64,000 nucleotides of DNA from an uncultured delta proteobacterium (GCA_963711835.1 CAVQFQ010000012.1:83776-147775), one strand, 5' to 3'. Numbered from the stretch's first letter, positions 8,537 through 20,565 are shown. Numbers and translations: made by a program. The notes: generated by a model not told the origin, from the sequence alone.

Positions 8537-11275
8537 TTAGCCGGGCCTGGGTACCCTATCCCGAGGCCCCCAGATCGACAAATCCGCTACCGACCAGTAA
8601 TAGGCAGGTTGGTTTTCCTGACAAACCATTTTTAAATAGCGCGTTTCCAGGGCAGGGAAAATATAAGCACAGGAAGTTCCGCTGCCGATTAAATGACTGC
8701 CGGTCCAGCGAAGGGTTTGATGAAAACGTAGTTGGGTGTCTATTTCTTTCCAGGCCAGACCATCCGGCGAGGAGTAGATTTTGAGCTTTTGAGCAACATC
8801 CTGAAAATCGGTGCCGGGGTCGAGGATGAGGGCCGATACTTTTTCCCTTTTTATTAAATCACAGGCTATAAACATGTCATCTCGGCGGGGTGTCCCGCTT
8901 GTCCATCTGGTTTTCCTATGGCGGTCGATCATCAAGGGGAGGTCCTTTTGATTATGGCCGGTTTTTAGTTCCACGGCACTCAGATCGAGCTGTTTCAGGG
9001 TCAGGAAGGGATTTTCCAACGCATAGATCAGGCTGTATTCTCCGAATGGGTGCACTTGATAATGGTATAACTGCGCCTTTAAAAATCCAAGCACTTCTTC
9101 CTGATCTCTCCGATGGACGGCCACGGCCTGAATTTCTTCCGCTGCATAGTCCCATTTAGCCCGAAGTTCAGGGAATGCAGCATTATAGCGGACATTAGCG
9201 ATTATCTGTTTCCGGCTCTGATGGTTCATATTGGCCGAAGCATAGAGATCGCCGACTATTCTTCGCTGGCCGAGGCCCTTTAAAAAAGCGGCCATAGACT
9301 CCCAATCGCTTAACGGTTTGATCCGCTCCTTCTTTTTTGAGGAATACAAAATTATTTCGGATAATTCCCAAGGATTGGAATGGGTTCCGGTCTGTTTAAT
9401 GCGGACATAACGGGCCTTCCGGCCGGGGAAAATGTATTGATTGAATCCATCCAAAACCTTATAGCCTGGATGAGCCCCCGCCCAATACAAGGTGCTTGAG
9501 GTTTTGAGATTGACCGCTTGGGACCATTCCCGGTTGTCCAGGGAGGTCTCAATGACAACCTGTACCGGAAGGGTGTCTGACCAATTTGGGATCAAATCCA
9601 CCCTGGAAAGCGACTCCTCCCGCCCCAGATCGAAGGCGATTACCTCGCTGCCTTTCTGGGGCCCTGGTGTTGACCAGGAGGTGGCCATATTGCCGTCTAA
9701 TAAACCGGCGGCCGAGGCGTTGTTGGGATAGGCGGAAATTTGCATTTTTTCCCGGTCGAGGGGCTCATAAGCTTCTTCCGGTGCTTTTATATTGAAAAAA
9801 ATTTTATAGTGCGGGACATCAAGGCTTGAATAACCAGGACTTCCCAGGGCATCAAGACCCTGCTTAAAAAACTCGGCCTCAGCAGGATCCCGAAAAATAA
9901 AGGCGGGATAACGTGTTCCGTCGACCACTAAGGAAAGACGAGGATAACGGCTGTTGTAATAATGACTGCAAACTATTTTCCCTTGCGAGACAAAGTTAAG
10001 AGGACCTTCGTCAAGAAAGTCCGTATAGGCCCTGGTAATCCGTTCTTTTTCCAAGGAAGGGAGAAGGCCTTTCCACTGTAAATAGGGTGCTTCAAAGTGA
10101 ACTTCGTATCGAAGAAAGGTTTGATTTTTATATCCCTGAACATTGGTCCAGAGATTAACGGCAAGCAGCCCTATAAAAAGAAGGGACCCCGATAGGCTGT
10201 GGTAGTTGCGTGTTTCGGTCAAAACACAATCGAAAATCAAAGCCAGCCCGACCAGGATCGGGATATAATAACGATAACTGACCACCCCAAACCGGCCGGC
10301 ATTGACATAACTATAGGCAAAAAGTGTCAGGGCTATGACCATCCAGGAGAAGAGCCACAGCAGACCCTTAGGGGAAAATCTATTGCCCGGCCGTTTAAAA
10401 AAGAAAAAGACACTCAACGACAAAAGGATCAGAATTCCCAACCAGGTTAATAAGGAAATGGGGCCGGGCAATAAATCATAGCCAAGGAAGGAGTTCATCT
10501 GGAGGACGGATTTCCAGATATCCTCAAGTAAAGAAAGAATGGGTTGTCGGCTTAGTTCAGTTTGGCCGAAATTGAACGTCCCAAAACGGATGGTCAGGCT
10601 TTTAACCCAGAAGGGATAAGCGCCGACCAGACAGCCTAAAAACGATAGAGGAAAGTAACGAATAACCCGGACATCGTTTAAGAGGAGAATACAGCCGCTG
10701 GGGATGGCATAAATAAGTGTCGCCGGACTCATCCATAATCCGAAGCCAACGGCTAACCCCCATAAAAAAAAGTTCACCCAAGCCCATTTCCTGGAAACAA
10801 TGGCCCTGGCGGTCAGATAAAAAATAAGCCCCCCGCAGAATAATCCTCCCATATGCCCCGAAGGTTGGATGGAACGGACGCATAAGACCATCGGGGAAAG
10901 GATCAACCAGCCGACGGCAACCAGGCCGTTGCTGTCCCGGTTCATCAGGCGAAATCCTTGCCAAAACAGCAATAACCCGGCCAGGGTCAGAATCAAAACA
11001 GAAAGACGCAGGAAGAAGGTGCTGGGTGAGAATATCAAAAAAAATGGAATAGCGACTAAGGATTCCAGAGGCCCAAAATATTCTTGTCCGTAAAAGAAGA
11101 GCGGTAGCTTCTCTCCGTTAATGATATCCTGGGCCATAATCCCCAGAACAGCTTCGTCCATATTCAATTCGGAGTGAAAGGTAATGAGATAGGGGACCCG
11201 CAGGGCCAGTCCGATTAGAATAATGAGAATAAGCCCCAAAAAGAGCCGTTTTCGTGGGGACCATCCGGGAAACAT
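8537..11275 (-). CDS. GT-C membrane glycosyltransferase with two discoidin/F5-8C domains (paralog of the adjacent gene)
   Basis: NMDEAVLGIMA...LPLFFYGQEYFG, multiple TM segments, LLDGNMATSWST and MIDRHRKTRWTSG discoidin starts; start moved to ATG 11275 because the longer ORF reads through an IR element. Confidence 0.75.
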   Translation of the reverse strand: MFPGWSPRKRLFLGLILIILIGLALRVPYLITFHSELNMDEAVLGIMAQDIINGEKLPLFFYGQEYFGPLESLVAIPFFLIFSPSTFFLRLSVLILTLAGLLLFWQGFRLMNRDSNGLVAVGWLILSPMVLCVRSIQPSGHMGGLFCGGLIFYLTARAIVSRKWAWVNFFLWGLAVGFGLWMSPATLIYAIPSGCILLLNDVRVIRYFPLSFLGCLVGAYPFWVKSLTIRFGTFNFGQTELSRQPILSLLEDIWKSVLQMNSFLGYDLLPGPISLLTWLGILILLSLSVFFFFKRPGNRFSPKGLLWLFSWMVIALTLFAYSYVNAGRFGVVSYRYYIPILVGLALIFDCVLTETRNYHSLSGSLLFIGLLAVNLWTNVQGYKNQTFLRYEVHFEAPYLQWKGLLPSLEKERITRAYTDFLDEGPLNFVSQGKIVCSHYYNSRYPRLSLVVDGTRYPAFIFRDPAEAEFFKQGLDALGSPGYSSLDVPHYKIFFNIKAPEEAYEPLDREKMQISAYPNNASAAGLLDGNMATSWSTPGPQKGSEVIAFDLGREESLSRVDLIPNWSDTLPVQVVIETSLDNREWSQAVNLKTSSTLYWAGAHPGYKVLDGFNQYIFPGRKARYVRIKQTGTHSNPWELSEIILYSSKKKERIKPLSDWESMAAFLKGLGQRRIVGDLYASANMNHQSRKQIIANVRYNAAFPELRAKWDYAAEEIQAVAVHRRDQEEVLGFLKAQLYHYQVHPFGEYSLIYALENPFLTLKQLDLSAVELKTGHNQKDLPLMIDRHRKTRWTSGTPRRDDMFIACDLIKREKVSALILDPGTDFQDVAQKLKIYSSPDGLAWKEIDTQLRFHQTLRWTGSHLIGSGTSCAYIFPALETRYLKMVCQENQPAYYWSVADLSIWGPRDRVPRPG

Positions 11276-11297
11276 AGGAAATAAAAATTTAGGTTGT

Positions 11298-11611
11298 CCC
11301 AAAGTTACGTGATTTTTAAGCACTCCATTCTTAGAGGGCTTCGGGGGTCTTGATTTCAAGGTTGTCCAAAAGGTAATCCGTAGCCCCAACCCGGCCCGAA
11401 TTTCTAAGTTGGTTGGGAGCCGGGCATTCACCCAAGACGATAAATCGCTTTGGTGTTGGCCTGTTTCTAAACCCCATTATAAACTTCCTGCCCGGGTTCA
11501 GGCTGCCGGCGTTTTGGTGGACAATCCTTGAAATCAAGACCCCTGAAGCCCTTTTGGGTGATTTATTATTTAAGAGGCTACCCCTTCGGTTTGAGAATCA
11601 CGTAACTAGGG
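11298..11611. mobile_element. MITE-like element with nested inverted repeats
   Basis: Outer IR AGTTACGTGATT(T/C)T(T/C)AA at 11303-11319/11591-11607; inner ~34-bp IR at 11335-11368/11518-11552. Confidence 0.65.
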
Positions 11612-12430
11612 TCAGGCCCCTTTGAATTCCCCTTTTCTGTTTTGCAGATACGAAGCGATGGCCTCGTAGAGGTCCTCGGAAGGCAGGATCATAGAGGATC
11701 GGGCGGCCGTGTAATCCAGGGACTGTTCCAGACCGACCTCTTCATTGTAAAGCAGGACCTCCTTGGCCCCCTGCACTCCCAGGGGCGAATTGGAGGCGAT
11801 CTCCTCGGCCATTTCCCTGGCTTTCGCTTCAAGGGTCCCCTGGTCCGGATAGACGTCATTGACCAGATTGATGGCCTTGGCCCGCCCGGCATCGAAGCGA
11901 TGCCCCCGGAAGGCGATCTCCCGGGCATGGCCGCGACCGACCACCCGGGGCAGGCGCTGCAATCCCCCCACATCGGTAATGATGGCCAGCTTGGGCTCCG
12001 GCAGGGCGAAGAGGGTTTCGGCCGAGCAGAGACGGATGTCGCAGCACAGGACCAGTTCCAGACCCGCTCCCAGGCAGTGACCAAAGATAACCGCAATGGT
12101 CGGCTGAAGCAGGCGCTCCAGCCGGGTGTGAATGGCCTGGACCTTTTTAGCCATCCGATAAAATTTCAGCTTCTGAGTGGCGCTGGCCGCGGCCCCGATG
12201 GTCATGAGAAGTTCATTCTCCGGGCCGAGATCCAGGCCGGCGCAAAAGGAATTCCCTTCTCCTCGAAGGAGGATCACCCGGGCCTCGGTGTCCTCCTCGG
12301 CTTGGGCAATAGCCCTGTCCAGGGCCTGCCAGACCGCTATGTTCAGGGCATTCCGCTTTTCGGGCCTGTTCAAAGTAATGAATCCTAAATACCCTTCACG
12401 TTGATATGTGACCAATTCCTGTTCGCTCAT
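11612..12430 (-). CDS. Crotonase-family enzyme, delta3,5-delta2,4-dienoyl-CoA isomerase-like
   Basis: LNRPEKRNAL, FCAGLDL, GAGLE; LPEPKLAIITDVGGLQRLP matches the ECH1-type E..D-VG-LQRLP pattern. Confidence 0.85.
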   Translation of the reverse strand: MSEQELVTYQREGYLGFITLNRPEKRNALNIAVWQALDRAIAQAEEDTEARVILLRGEGNSFCAGLDLGPENELLMTIGAAASATQKLKFYRMAKKVQAIHTRLERLLQPTIAVIFGHCLGAGLELVLCCDIRLCSAETLFALPEPKLAIITDVGGLQRLPRVVGRGHAREIAFRGHRFDAGRAKAINLVNDVYPDQGTLEAKAREMAEEIASNSPLGVQGAKEVLLYNEEVGLEQSLDYTAARSSMILPSEDLYEAIASYLQNRKGEFKGA

Positions 12431-12446
12431 GAATAATGCCTCCTCT

Positions 12447-13604
12447 TTAAATCATAACTTCCAGATTCTCCAACGGATAAGAAACGCAGGCATGGACATA
12501 GCCGTAGCGCCGGTCCGAACGCCTGACCGGGACGCCTGCCGGTTCAAAGACCTTGCCAGACAGGATCTTCACCCGGCACTGGCTGCATTCCCCGGACCGG
12601 CACAGGGTCGGGACCAGTATCCCCTGCTTCTCCAGAGAAGCGGCCAAGGGCTCTCCGGCCCGGACTTCCACTGAGCCGCCGCCCTTGATGCTGACCCGAA
12701 AAGTCTGACCTCCTTTGACTTCGCCGGGCCAGTTGGGAGAGCGGGTGATATCCATTGGAGGTCCATAGACTTCTTTGCGGATTTTTCTCCTCGGAATCCC
12801 CAGCCCCTCCAGCTCGGGGATGCAGAAATCATACATGGCTTTGGGGCCGCACAGGTAAAAGGTCTTGTCATTCACATCCGGCAGGCTGCTCCTGATGAGG
12901 TCACCGGTGATAAGTCCCCTCAATCCCTGAAATCCTGCCGGTGGGGATTCAATGACAGGAAAGTAATGTATATTGGAGAAACTCCCCGAAATGCCGGAAA
13001 GCACATCGTGAAAGATGGTTTCTTCAATGGTCTTGGTTCCAAAAAAAAGATAGATCTCCCGATCCAGCCCGCATTCCACCACCTCCCGCACCATGCTCAT
13101 AAAAGGGGTGATGCCGCTTCCGCCGGCCAGGCAGACCATGGTCCGGTCATGAAAAAGAGGATTATGGTAAAAGTGGCCTTCAGGTCCTGAACTTTGAAGA
13201 CCGTCTCCCCTCTTCACCTCATCGATGAGATAATTGGATATCAATCCTCCTTCCGTCCTCCGGACGGTAATATCATAATAACCGGTCTGGTTGGGTGCGG
13301 AGGAAATGCTGTAGGGCCGGGAAGTCCTGATACCTCCGACCTCCAGAAAAAGGGCGATATACTGGCCGGCCAGGAAAGGCGGCAGATAGCCTTCCGGAGA
13401 AATTAACCTGAGGGTTTTTGTCGAGGGCGTCTCGTTTATGATATCGGAGACTTGGAGGTTTAGGCGCTTGGGATGAAGGCGCTGGATGTAGGGGTCAGCC
13501 GCGTCCTTTTCCCCCGAATAATCCAATCCGTATTTCCGGCTGTATTCCCGCTCCTCCACGATCCGTTCATAGCCGTCAAATTCCTTGAATATGTCCTTTC
13601 TCAT
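12447..13604 (-). CDS. FAD/NAD-binding oxidoreductase with C-terminal 2Fe-2S ferredoxin (PaaE/Hcr-like)
   Basis: RPYSISS, AGGSGITP, YLCGP, CRSGECSQC...C. Confidence 0.92.
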   Translation of the reverse strand: MRKDIFKEFDGYERIVEEREYSRKYGLDYSGEKDAADPYIQRLHPKRLNLQVSDIINETPSTKTLRLISPEGYLPPFLAGQYIALFLEVGGIRTSRPYSISSAPNQTGYYDITVRRTEGGLISNYLIDEVKRGDGLQSSGPEGHFYHNPLFHDRTMVCLAGGSGITPFMSMVREVVECGLDREIYLFFGTKTIEETIFHDVLSGISGSFSNIHYFPVIESPPAGFQGLRGLITGDLIRSSLPDVNDKTFYLCGPKAMYDFCIPELEGLGIPRRKIRKEVYGPPMDITRSPNWPGEVKGGQTFRVSIKGGGSVEVRAGEPLAASLEKQGILVPTLCRSGECSQCRVKILSGKVFEPAGVPVRRSDRRYGYVHACVSYPLENLEVMI

Positions 13605-13644
13605 GCTCCGCTCCTGATGAATTTTTCCCTATGCATTTAAAACT

Positions 13645-13850
13645 TTTTAGCCACAAACCTACACGGACCCCGCTTCAGTGGCGGTCGCGGGGCAAGGCGC
13701 CGGCAGACTATTAGTTTTTAGCTGTTCGACATGAACAGGCTAAAACAGGGCAACGCTTCGCGAGAAAATACTTTATATGCGCCAAAGGCGCAGACGATTA
13801 GGGTGTCGGCAGGTCGCCGTCACCTGTCCTGTCTTTGTCTGTGGCAAAAA
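13645..13850. repeat. ~200-bp intergenic palindromic element, GCCACAGAC family, copy 1
   Basis: Ends TTTTAGCCACAAAC and GTCTGTGGCAAAA; the right half is the reverse complement of about 30119-30224. Confidence 0.8.
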
Positions 13851-13875
13851 GTATTTAATTTGCGTTTAAACAAAT

Positions 13876-15379
13876 TTACTTTCCATCCAATTCCCGGATG
13901 ATCTTCCTGGCAGCCGCGGCCCCGGCTTCGAGGGTAGGCTGGAAGCCGCAGTCCCCGGTCCAGCCGCTGGCAAAGGACAGACCCGGGATGGGCGAACTCC
14001 GCCCGGGCTGGAAGAACATGGAATCCTTGGTGTACTGCTCAAAGCCGTAAATGGCGCCGTTGGGATGGCCCAGGTAGCGCATGTGGGTCAGGGGAGTCGC
14101 GGCCTCGATTTCCTCGATGTGGCCTCTTACGCCTGGGAAGGCCGCTTCCACCCGGCGCAGCATGGATTCGGCGACGCGGAATTTCACCCTCTGATATTGA
14201 GTCGGAGGAATCCGCAGCCAGGGCTCTCCATATTTTAATGTAACGACATTAGCCTGACAGGTACCCGGCGGTGAAAAACCCGGGTCGGCCACGTCATAAC
14301 AGCTCAGGGCCATGAACTGATTTCCCAGATCCAGCCGATGAAAATCGATGAGTGTTTTATCTGTGATATCAGTATGATTTAAAAGAAAAGTCATGGATCC
14401 GGTGATACCCAATTCCTGGGGCTCGCGATCAAACCCGATAAATAGGACGAAAGCCGATGGGCTGAGGGTCCTGCCCCGCATCTCATGGAATACATTCCCC
14501 GGTACGAGCTCCGGATCCAGAAGCCTGGTATAGGTAGCTACCGGCGAGACATTCGAAACCACATTCCGGGTTTTTATGCGCTCCCCATGTTCGGTGACCA
14601 CCCCGGCAATCCTTCCTTTATCCAGCAGGATCTTATTGACACCGCAATTAAAGCGAACCGTGCCTCCCTGTGATAGAAAGCGGTTAATCAGCGCATTGGA
14701 CAGGGCCTGGGAACCTCCTCTGATGTGAAAGGGCTTGAACTCGATATAGGTGAAATAAAGCATAGCCAGATAGGCGAATGAGATCCTGGTTGGAGGCAGA
14801 CCCAAAAATCCCCAGTACACAGAGATAAAGCACTTCAGTAAGGGGTCGCTGAAAAGCTCATCCAGGACTTCCTTGGCCGGCTTAAAGGCATAGTGATAGA
14901 GGACCGGGTATTTCTCTCGGGAAGGATCCGGGTCCTTAAAAAAAAACACCGAGAGCATCTGATAGGCATATTCATAAGACAGGTTAAAAAACCGCTCTAT
15001 CCCTTCTTTTTCCTTGGGGAATTTCTCCTGAAAGGCGGCAATGACCTGAGCCCGATCGGGCTTGAGGGCCAGGCGGAAGTCTCCCGGTCCAATAACATGA
15101 AATAGGTCCTTTGACTCCACCAGCTCCAGGTCATCGAGGATTCCCAACTGGCTGAGCAGCATCCGGAGCGGGCCGGGATTGTCCGACAGTCCCTACCCCG
15201 CTGAGCTGGTGCAGGGCCACTTCGAATTCAAACCTCCCCCGACAAAAGCTGGTGGCGCACCCTCCCGGGATGTTGTGCCGTTCCAGCAGCAGGACCTTCA
15301 GACCTTTCTGGGCCAGGGTCGTCGAGGCGGTCAGCCCGCCGTTCCCGGCTCCCACTACCACCACATCGAATTCTTCCAT
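13876..15379 (-). CDS. Phytoene desaturase / retinol saturase-like FAD oxidoreductase (one frameshift near 15185)
   Basis: VVVVGAGNGG...LERHNIPGGCATSF.RG.FEFEVALH joins the 428-aa ORF with GGSQALS, ATPLTHMRY...GAIYG. Confidence 0.88.
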
Positions 15380-15405
15380 AGAACCTCTCTTGATGTTAGG
15401 GACGC

Positions 15406-17109
<1,704 letters not shown>

Positions 17110-17218
17110 AGCGCTTCCTCCTTTGTCTTTGACAGGATTGGAGTCCTGGGTTTCTTTTAAAGGGTTAACAGCGCTTGAATCATTATTCTACCTCCTAACC
17201 CGAAAAATTCTGAAAAGA

Positions 17219-17406
17219 TTTTTGCCACAGACAACGACATGATCCCGCTTGCAGCGGGACGGCGACCTGCCGCTACCCCTAACTGTCTGCCCTTCGGGCA
17301 TTACAGGCCTGGGCCAACGATCAATATCAACTTAACGGGCATATCTATTCGCGCCAGTCCCGCCACAGGCGGGATCCGCCTTTGTCTGTGTGTGTCTGTG
17401 GCAAAA
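17219..17406. repeat. GCCACAGAC-family palindromic element, copy 2
   Basis: TTTTTGCCACAGAC...GTCTGTGGCAAAA; shares the upstream CCCGAAAAATTC.GAAAAGA flank with copy 3. Confidence 0.8.
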
Positions 17407-17445
17407 GAGGTACTGAATTCTAAATTCTTTTTTCTTCCCAAATCA

Positions 17446-18597
17446 TCATCCCTTCAACTTTTTCATGAGTTCGTTGATGATGATAATCCGCTGGATCTGA
17501 TTCGTTCCGGCCCCGAATTCAATGCCCTTAATGTCCCGGTAAATCCGCTCGATAGGATACTCCCGGATAAAGCCGTAGCCGCCGAAAACCTGGCTCGCTT
17601 TCCCGACGGCCCTGACCCCGGCCTCGGCACAAAAAAGTTTAGCGTAAGAGGCTTCCAAACGCACCCGTTTTCCCGAGCCGGCCAGCGTGGCCGCCCAATA
17701 GGCCAAGACCCTTCCGGCCTGGATCTCGGTAGCGATATCGGCCAGGATTTCCTGCATCATCTGAAATTGAATAATCGGTTTCCCAAACTGGATCCGTTGC
17801 TGGGCATAGCGAAAGGCCAGGTCAAAGGCCCCCTGGGCCGCCCCAATGGGCGCCATGGACCAGAGGATCCGTTCCCGGTCCAGACCGCTCATCAGGACGT
17901 TGATCCCCCGGTTCTCTTCACCCAACAGGTTCTCCTGCGGGACTTCACAGTTCTCGAAGAACAGTTCACCGGTCGGCGAACCCCTCACTCCCATTTTTTT
18001 CATGGGCTGGCCCCGGGTAAAGCCCGGAAACCCCGCTTCCACGATAAAGGCCGAGATGCCGTTCTGGCCGGCCTCGGGATTGGTCTTGGCATAAACGATA
18101 GCCACATCAGCCAGGGGTCCGTTGGTGATAAAGGTCTTGGACCCATTCAGCAGATAGCGGTCTCCTTTTTTATCGGCCCGGCAGCGCAGGGAAAGGGCAT
18201 CGGAGCCGGCCTCCGGCTCGGTAAGGGCCAAGGCCCCGATTTTTTTTCCGGCAATGAGATCGGGCAGGAGGCGTCTTCTTTGTTCCTCATTGCCGTTCCG
18301 GTAGATGCTCTCGGTGCAAAGAATGGCATGGGCTCCGTAGGTATTTCCGGTGGAAACGCATCCCCGCATCAACTCTTCCATGACCAGCAGGCAGGATAGA
18401 AAATCGGCGCCCCCTCCTCCATAGTCTTCCGGCAGCGACATCCCGAAAATTCCCATCCCGGCCAAGGCCTTGAAGTTCTCTTCCGGGAACCGTTCCTCTG
18501 CATCAAGGATCGGGGCCAGCGGGACAACCCGCTCATCCACGAATCGGGCCATCTGCGCCTTAAGCATTTTCTGTTCTTCGGTAAGTTCAAAGTCCAT
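17446..18597 (-). CDS. Isovaleryl-CoA dehydrogenase-like acyl-CoA dehydrogenase
   Basis: GALALTEPEAGSD, LNGSKTFITNGP, VLMSGLDRER (IVD-position Glu), FGAGTNQIQR. Confidence 0.9.
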   Translation of the reverse strand: MDFELTEEQKMLKAQMARFVDERVVPLAPILDAEERFPEENFKALAGMGIFGMSLPEDYGGGGADFLSCLLVMEELMRGCVSTGNTYGAHAILCTESIYRNGNEEQRRRLLPDLIAGKKIGALALTEPEAGSDALSLRCRADKKGDRYLLNGSKTFITNGPLADVAIVYAKTNPEAGQNGISAFIVEAGFPGFTRGQPMKKMGVRGSPTGELFFENCEVPQENLLGEENRGINVLMSGLDRERILWSMAPIGAAQGAFDLAFRYAQQRIQFGKPIIQFQMMQEILADIATEIQAGRVLAYWAATLAGSGKRVRLEASYAKLFCAEAGVRAVGKASQVFGGYGFIREYPIERIYRDIKGIEFGAGTNQIQRIIIINELMKKLKG

Positions 18598-18599
18598 GG

Positions 18600-19970
18600 C
18601 TACTCCTCCTCGTCTTCTTCCTCTTCCTCTTTGGGGAGGAATCGCTCGATAAAATGGGTGGTAAATTCACCTTTCCGAAAAAGGGGATCGTCCAGGATCC
18701 GGATATGGAGCGGGATGGTAGTCTTGATGGGCTCTATCTTGAATTCCCTCAAGGCCCTTTTCATAATCCGGATGGCGCCCTCCCGGGTGAGATCATAGCT
18801 GATGAGCTTGGCGATCAGGGAGTCGTAAAAGATGGGCAGTTCATAACCCTGGTAGAGGTGGGTGTCTAATCTGATCCCGAAGCCGCCCGGCGGCTGAAAA
18901 ACTTCGATCAGGCCGGGAGAGGGCAGAAAAAAGCGGTCCGGGTCCTCGGCATTGATGCGGCACTCCAAGGCCCAGCCCCGGCGCTGAATAGCCTCCTGGG
19001 AATAGGCCAGCTCTTCACCGGCCGCTATTTTTATTTGTTCCCGGATAAGATCGATGCCGGTCGTCATTTCCGTCACCGGATGCTCGACCTGGATCCGGGC
19101 GTTGATCTCCATAAAATAAAAGGCCCCATTTTCATCCAGTAGAAATTCCACCGTACCGGCATTGACATAATGAACGGCCTCGGCGGCCCGAACGGCTGTC
19201 CGGGCCATGGCCTCCCGCAGCCTTGGGGTCAGCCCGGGAGAGGGCGATTCTTCGATCAGCTTCTGATACCTTCGCTGAATGGTGCATTCCCGCTCGCCCA
19301 AGTGAATCACCTTCCCCAGACCGTCGGCCAGGATCTGAAATTCAATATGCCTCGGCCCGCTGAGAACCTTTTCAATATAAACCTCGTCATTGCCGAAAGC
19401 GGAACGGGCCTCCATTTTAGCGACGGCGAATTCTTCCCTGAGGGCTTCCTTATCCGGGCAGATCCGGATCCCTCGTCCCCCCCCGCCCCCCGAGGCCTTG
19501 ACCATAATCGGATAACCGATCTCCTCCCCGATCCGGACGGCCTCTTCAATCGTAGCCACGGCCTGATCGCTTCCGGGAATAACCGGAACACCGGCCTTTT
19601 TCATGATCCTTTTGGAGGTGATCTTCTCCCCGGCCTTCTTGAGGTTCTGGGGGGTAGGGCCGATGAAGACCAGACCTTCAGCCTGGCACAGCCTGGCAAA
19701 GGTCTCGTTTTCCGCCAGGTAGCCGTAGCCGGGATGGATGGCCTGAGCCCCGGTTGTCTTGGCCGCCCCGATGATGCGCTCCATGGCCAGATAACTCTGG
19801 GCGCTGGGAGGCGGGCCGATGCAGATGTGTTCGTCGGCCAGCTCGCGGTGCCGGGAGTTGATATCGGCTTCCGAATAGACCGCCACAGACCTTATGTCCA
19901 TTTCTCGGCAGGCCCGGATGATCCTGAGAGCGATCTCACCCCGATTGGCAATGAGGATCTTGGAAAACAA
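18600..19970 (-). CDS. accC: Biotin carboxylase subunit
   Basis: KILIANRGEIA, HPGYGYLAEN, GGGGRG, ERECTIQRRYQK, RIQVEHPVTE, YDSLIAK. Confidence 0.95.
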   Translation of the reverse strand: MFSKILIANRGEIALRIIRACREMDIRSVAVYSEADINSRHRELADEHICIGPPPSAQSYLAMERIIGAAKTTGAQAIHPGYGYLAENETFARLCQAEGLVFIGPTPQNLKKAGEKITSKRIMKKAGVPVIPGSDQAVATIEEAVRIGEEIGYPIMVKASGGGGGRGIRICPDKEALREEFAVAKMEARSAFGNDEVYIEKVLSGPRHIEFQILADGLGKVIHLGERECTIQRRYQKLIEESPSPGLTPRLREAMARTAVRAAEAVHYVNAGTVEFLLDENGAFYFMEINARIQVEHPVTEMTTGIDLIREQIKIAAGEELAYSQEAIQRRGWALECRINAEDPDRFFLPSPGLIEVFQPPGGFGIRLDTHLYQGYELPIFYDSLIAKLISYDLTREGAIRIMKRALREFKIEPIKTTIPLHIRILDDPLFRKGEFTTHFIERFLPKEEEEEDEEE

Positions 19971-20000
19971 GCAATCCCCCTTTCGATGTTAACTACTTTT

Positions 20001-20182
20001 CCGCCCACTCGTCATGCCTGGACAGCATAAGTCGGTTCAAGACGCAGGGATCGCACCAATCGCAGCGTCTTTGACTGCATATGAGAGTTGTCAGGCGAAG
20101 CAATGAGCTGTTTTACCTGTTGCCTTTCGAGCGGAAAGTTAATAGTTCTGCTTCTTTGCGCCCTTTGCGACTTTGCGGTGAA
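20001..20182. repeat. 9-mer periodic palindromic element (CTTTGCG repeats), copy 1
   Basis: CCGCCCACTCGTCA...TTCAAGACGCAG.GATCGC...CTTTGCGCCCTTTGCGACTTTGCGGTGA; homologous to 23133-23311. Confidence 0.8.
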
Positions 20183-20212
20183 ATCAGACTTTTATTCGTT
20201 TTGATCACTTGT

Positions 20213-20494
20213 CTAGACCATCTCGATCACGAGTATCAAGTCATTGTCTTTAAGGGTGGTTTCATTTTCCACTATGATCTTGACGACCTTTCCGTTGGCC
20301 GGTGATTTAACCTTCTGAAAGACCTTCATGGTCTCCAGCAACCCCAAGACCTGTTTCTTCTTGACCAGATCGCCCTCCTGCACATAAGGAGGTTGGTCAG
20401 GGGCCGGCCTGCAATAGAAAACCCCGGACATGGGAGCCCTGACTTCGATCACTTTCATTCGCATTGCATCAGCATGATTCTCGGACATTGACAA
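20213..20494 (-). CDS. accB: Stand-alone biotin carboxyl carrier protein (true start probably 20458-20464)
   Basis: APMSGVFY...P.V..GD.V....LGLLETMKV (biotinylated Lys). Confidence 0.9.
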   Translation of the reverse strand: MSMSENHADAMRMKVIEVRAPMSGVFYCRPAPDQPPYVQEGDLVKKKQVLGLLETMKVFQKVKSPANGKVVKIIVENETTLKDNDLILVIEMV

Positions 20495-20565
20495 GTCGAC
20501 CGGAGAATATCGTATTTAAATTTGGCAAAAAACTTCGCTATTCCAGTGGATTTGACAAAAATTTT

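Noticed and set aside
11276-11431. N-terminal extensions of ORF-track calls (also 21436-21540, 29178-29240, 44454-44528, 50227-50481, 62977-63042)
   Set aside because: They read through repeat elements or intergenic DNA; downstream ATGs fit the family N-termini, most with a clear RBS.
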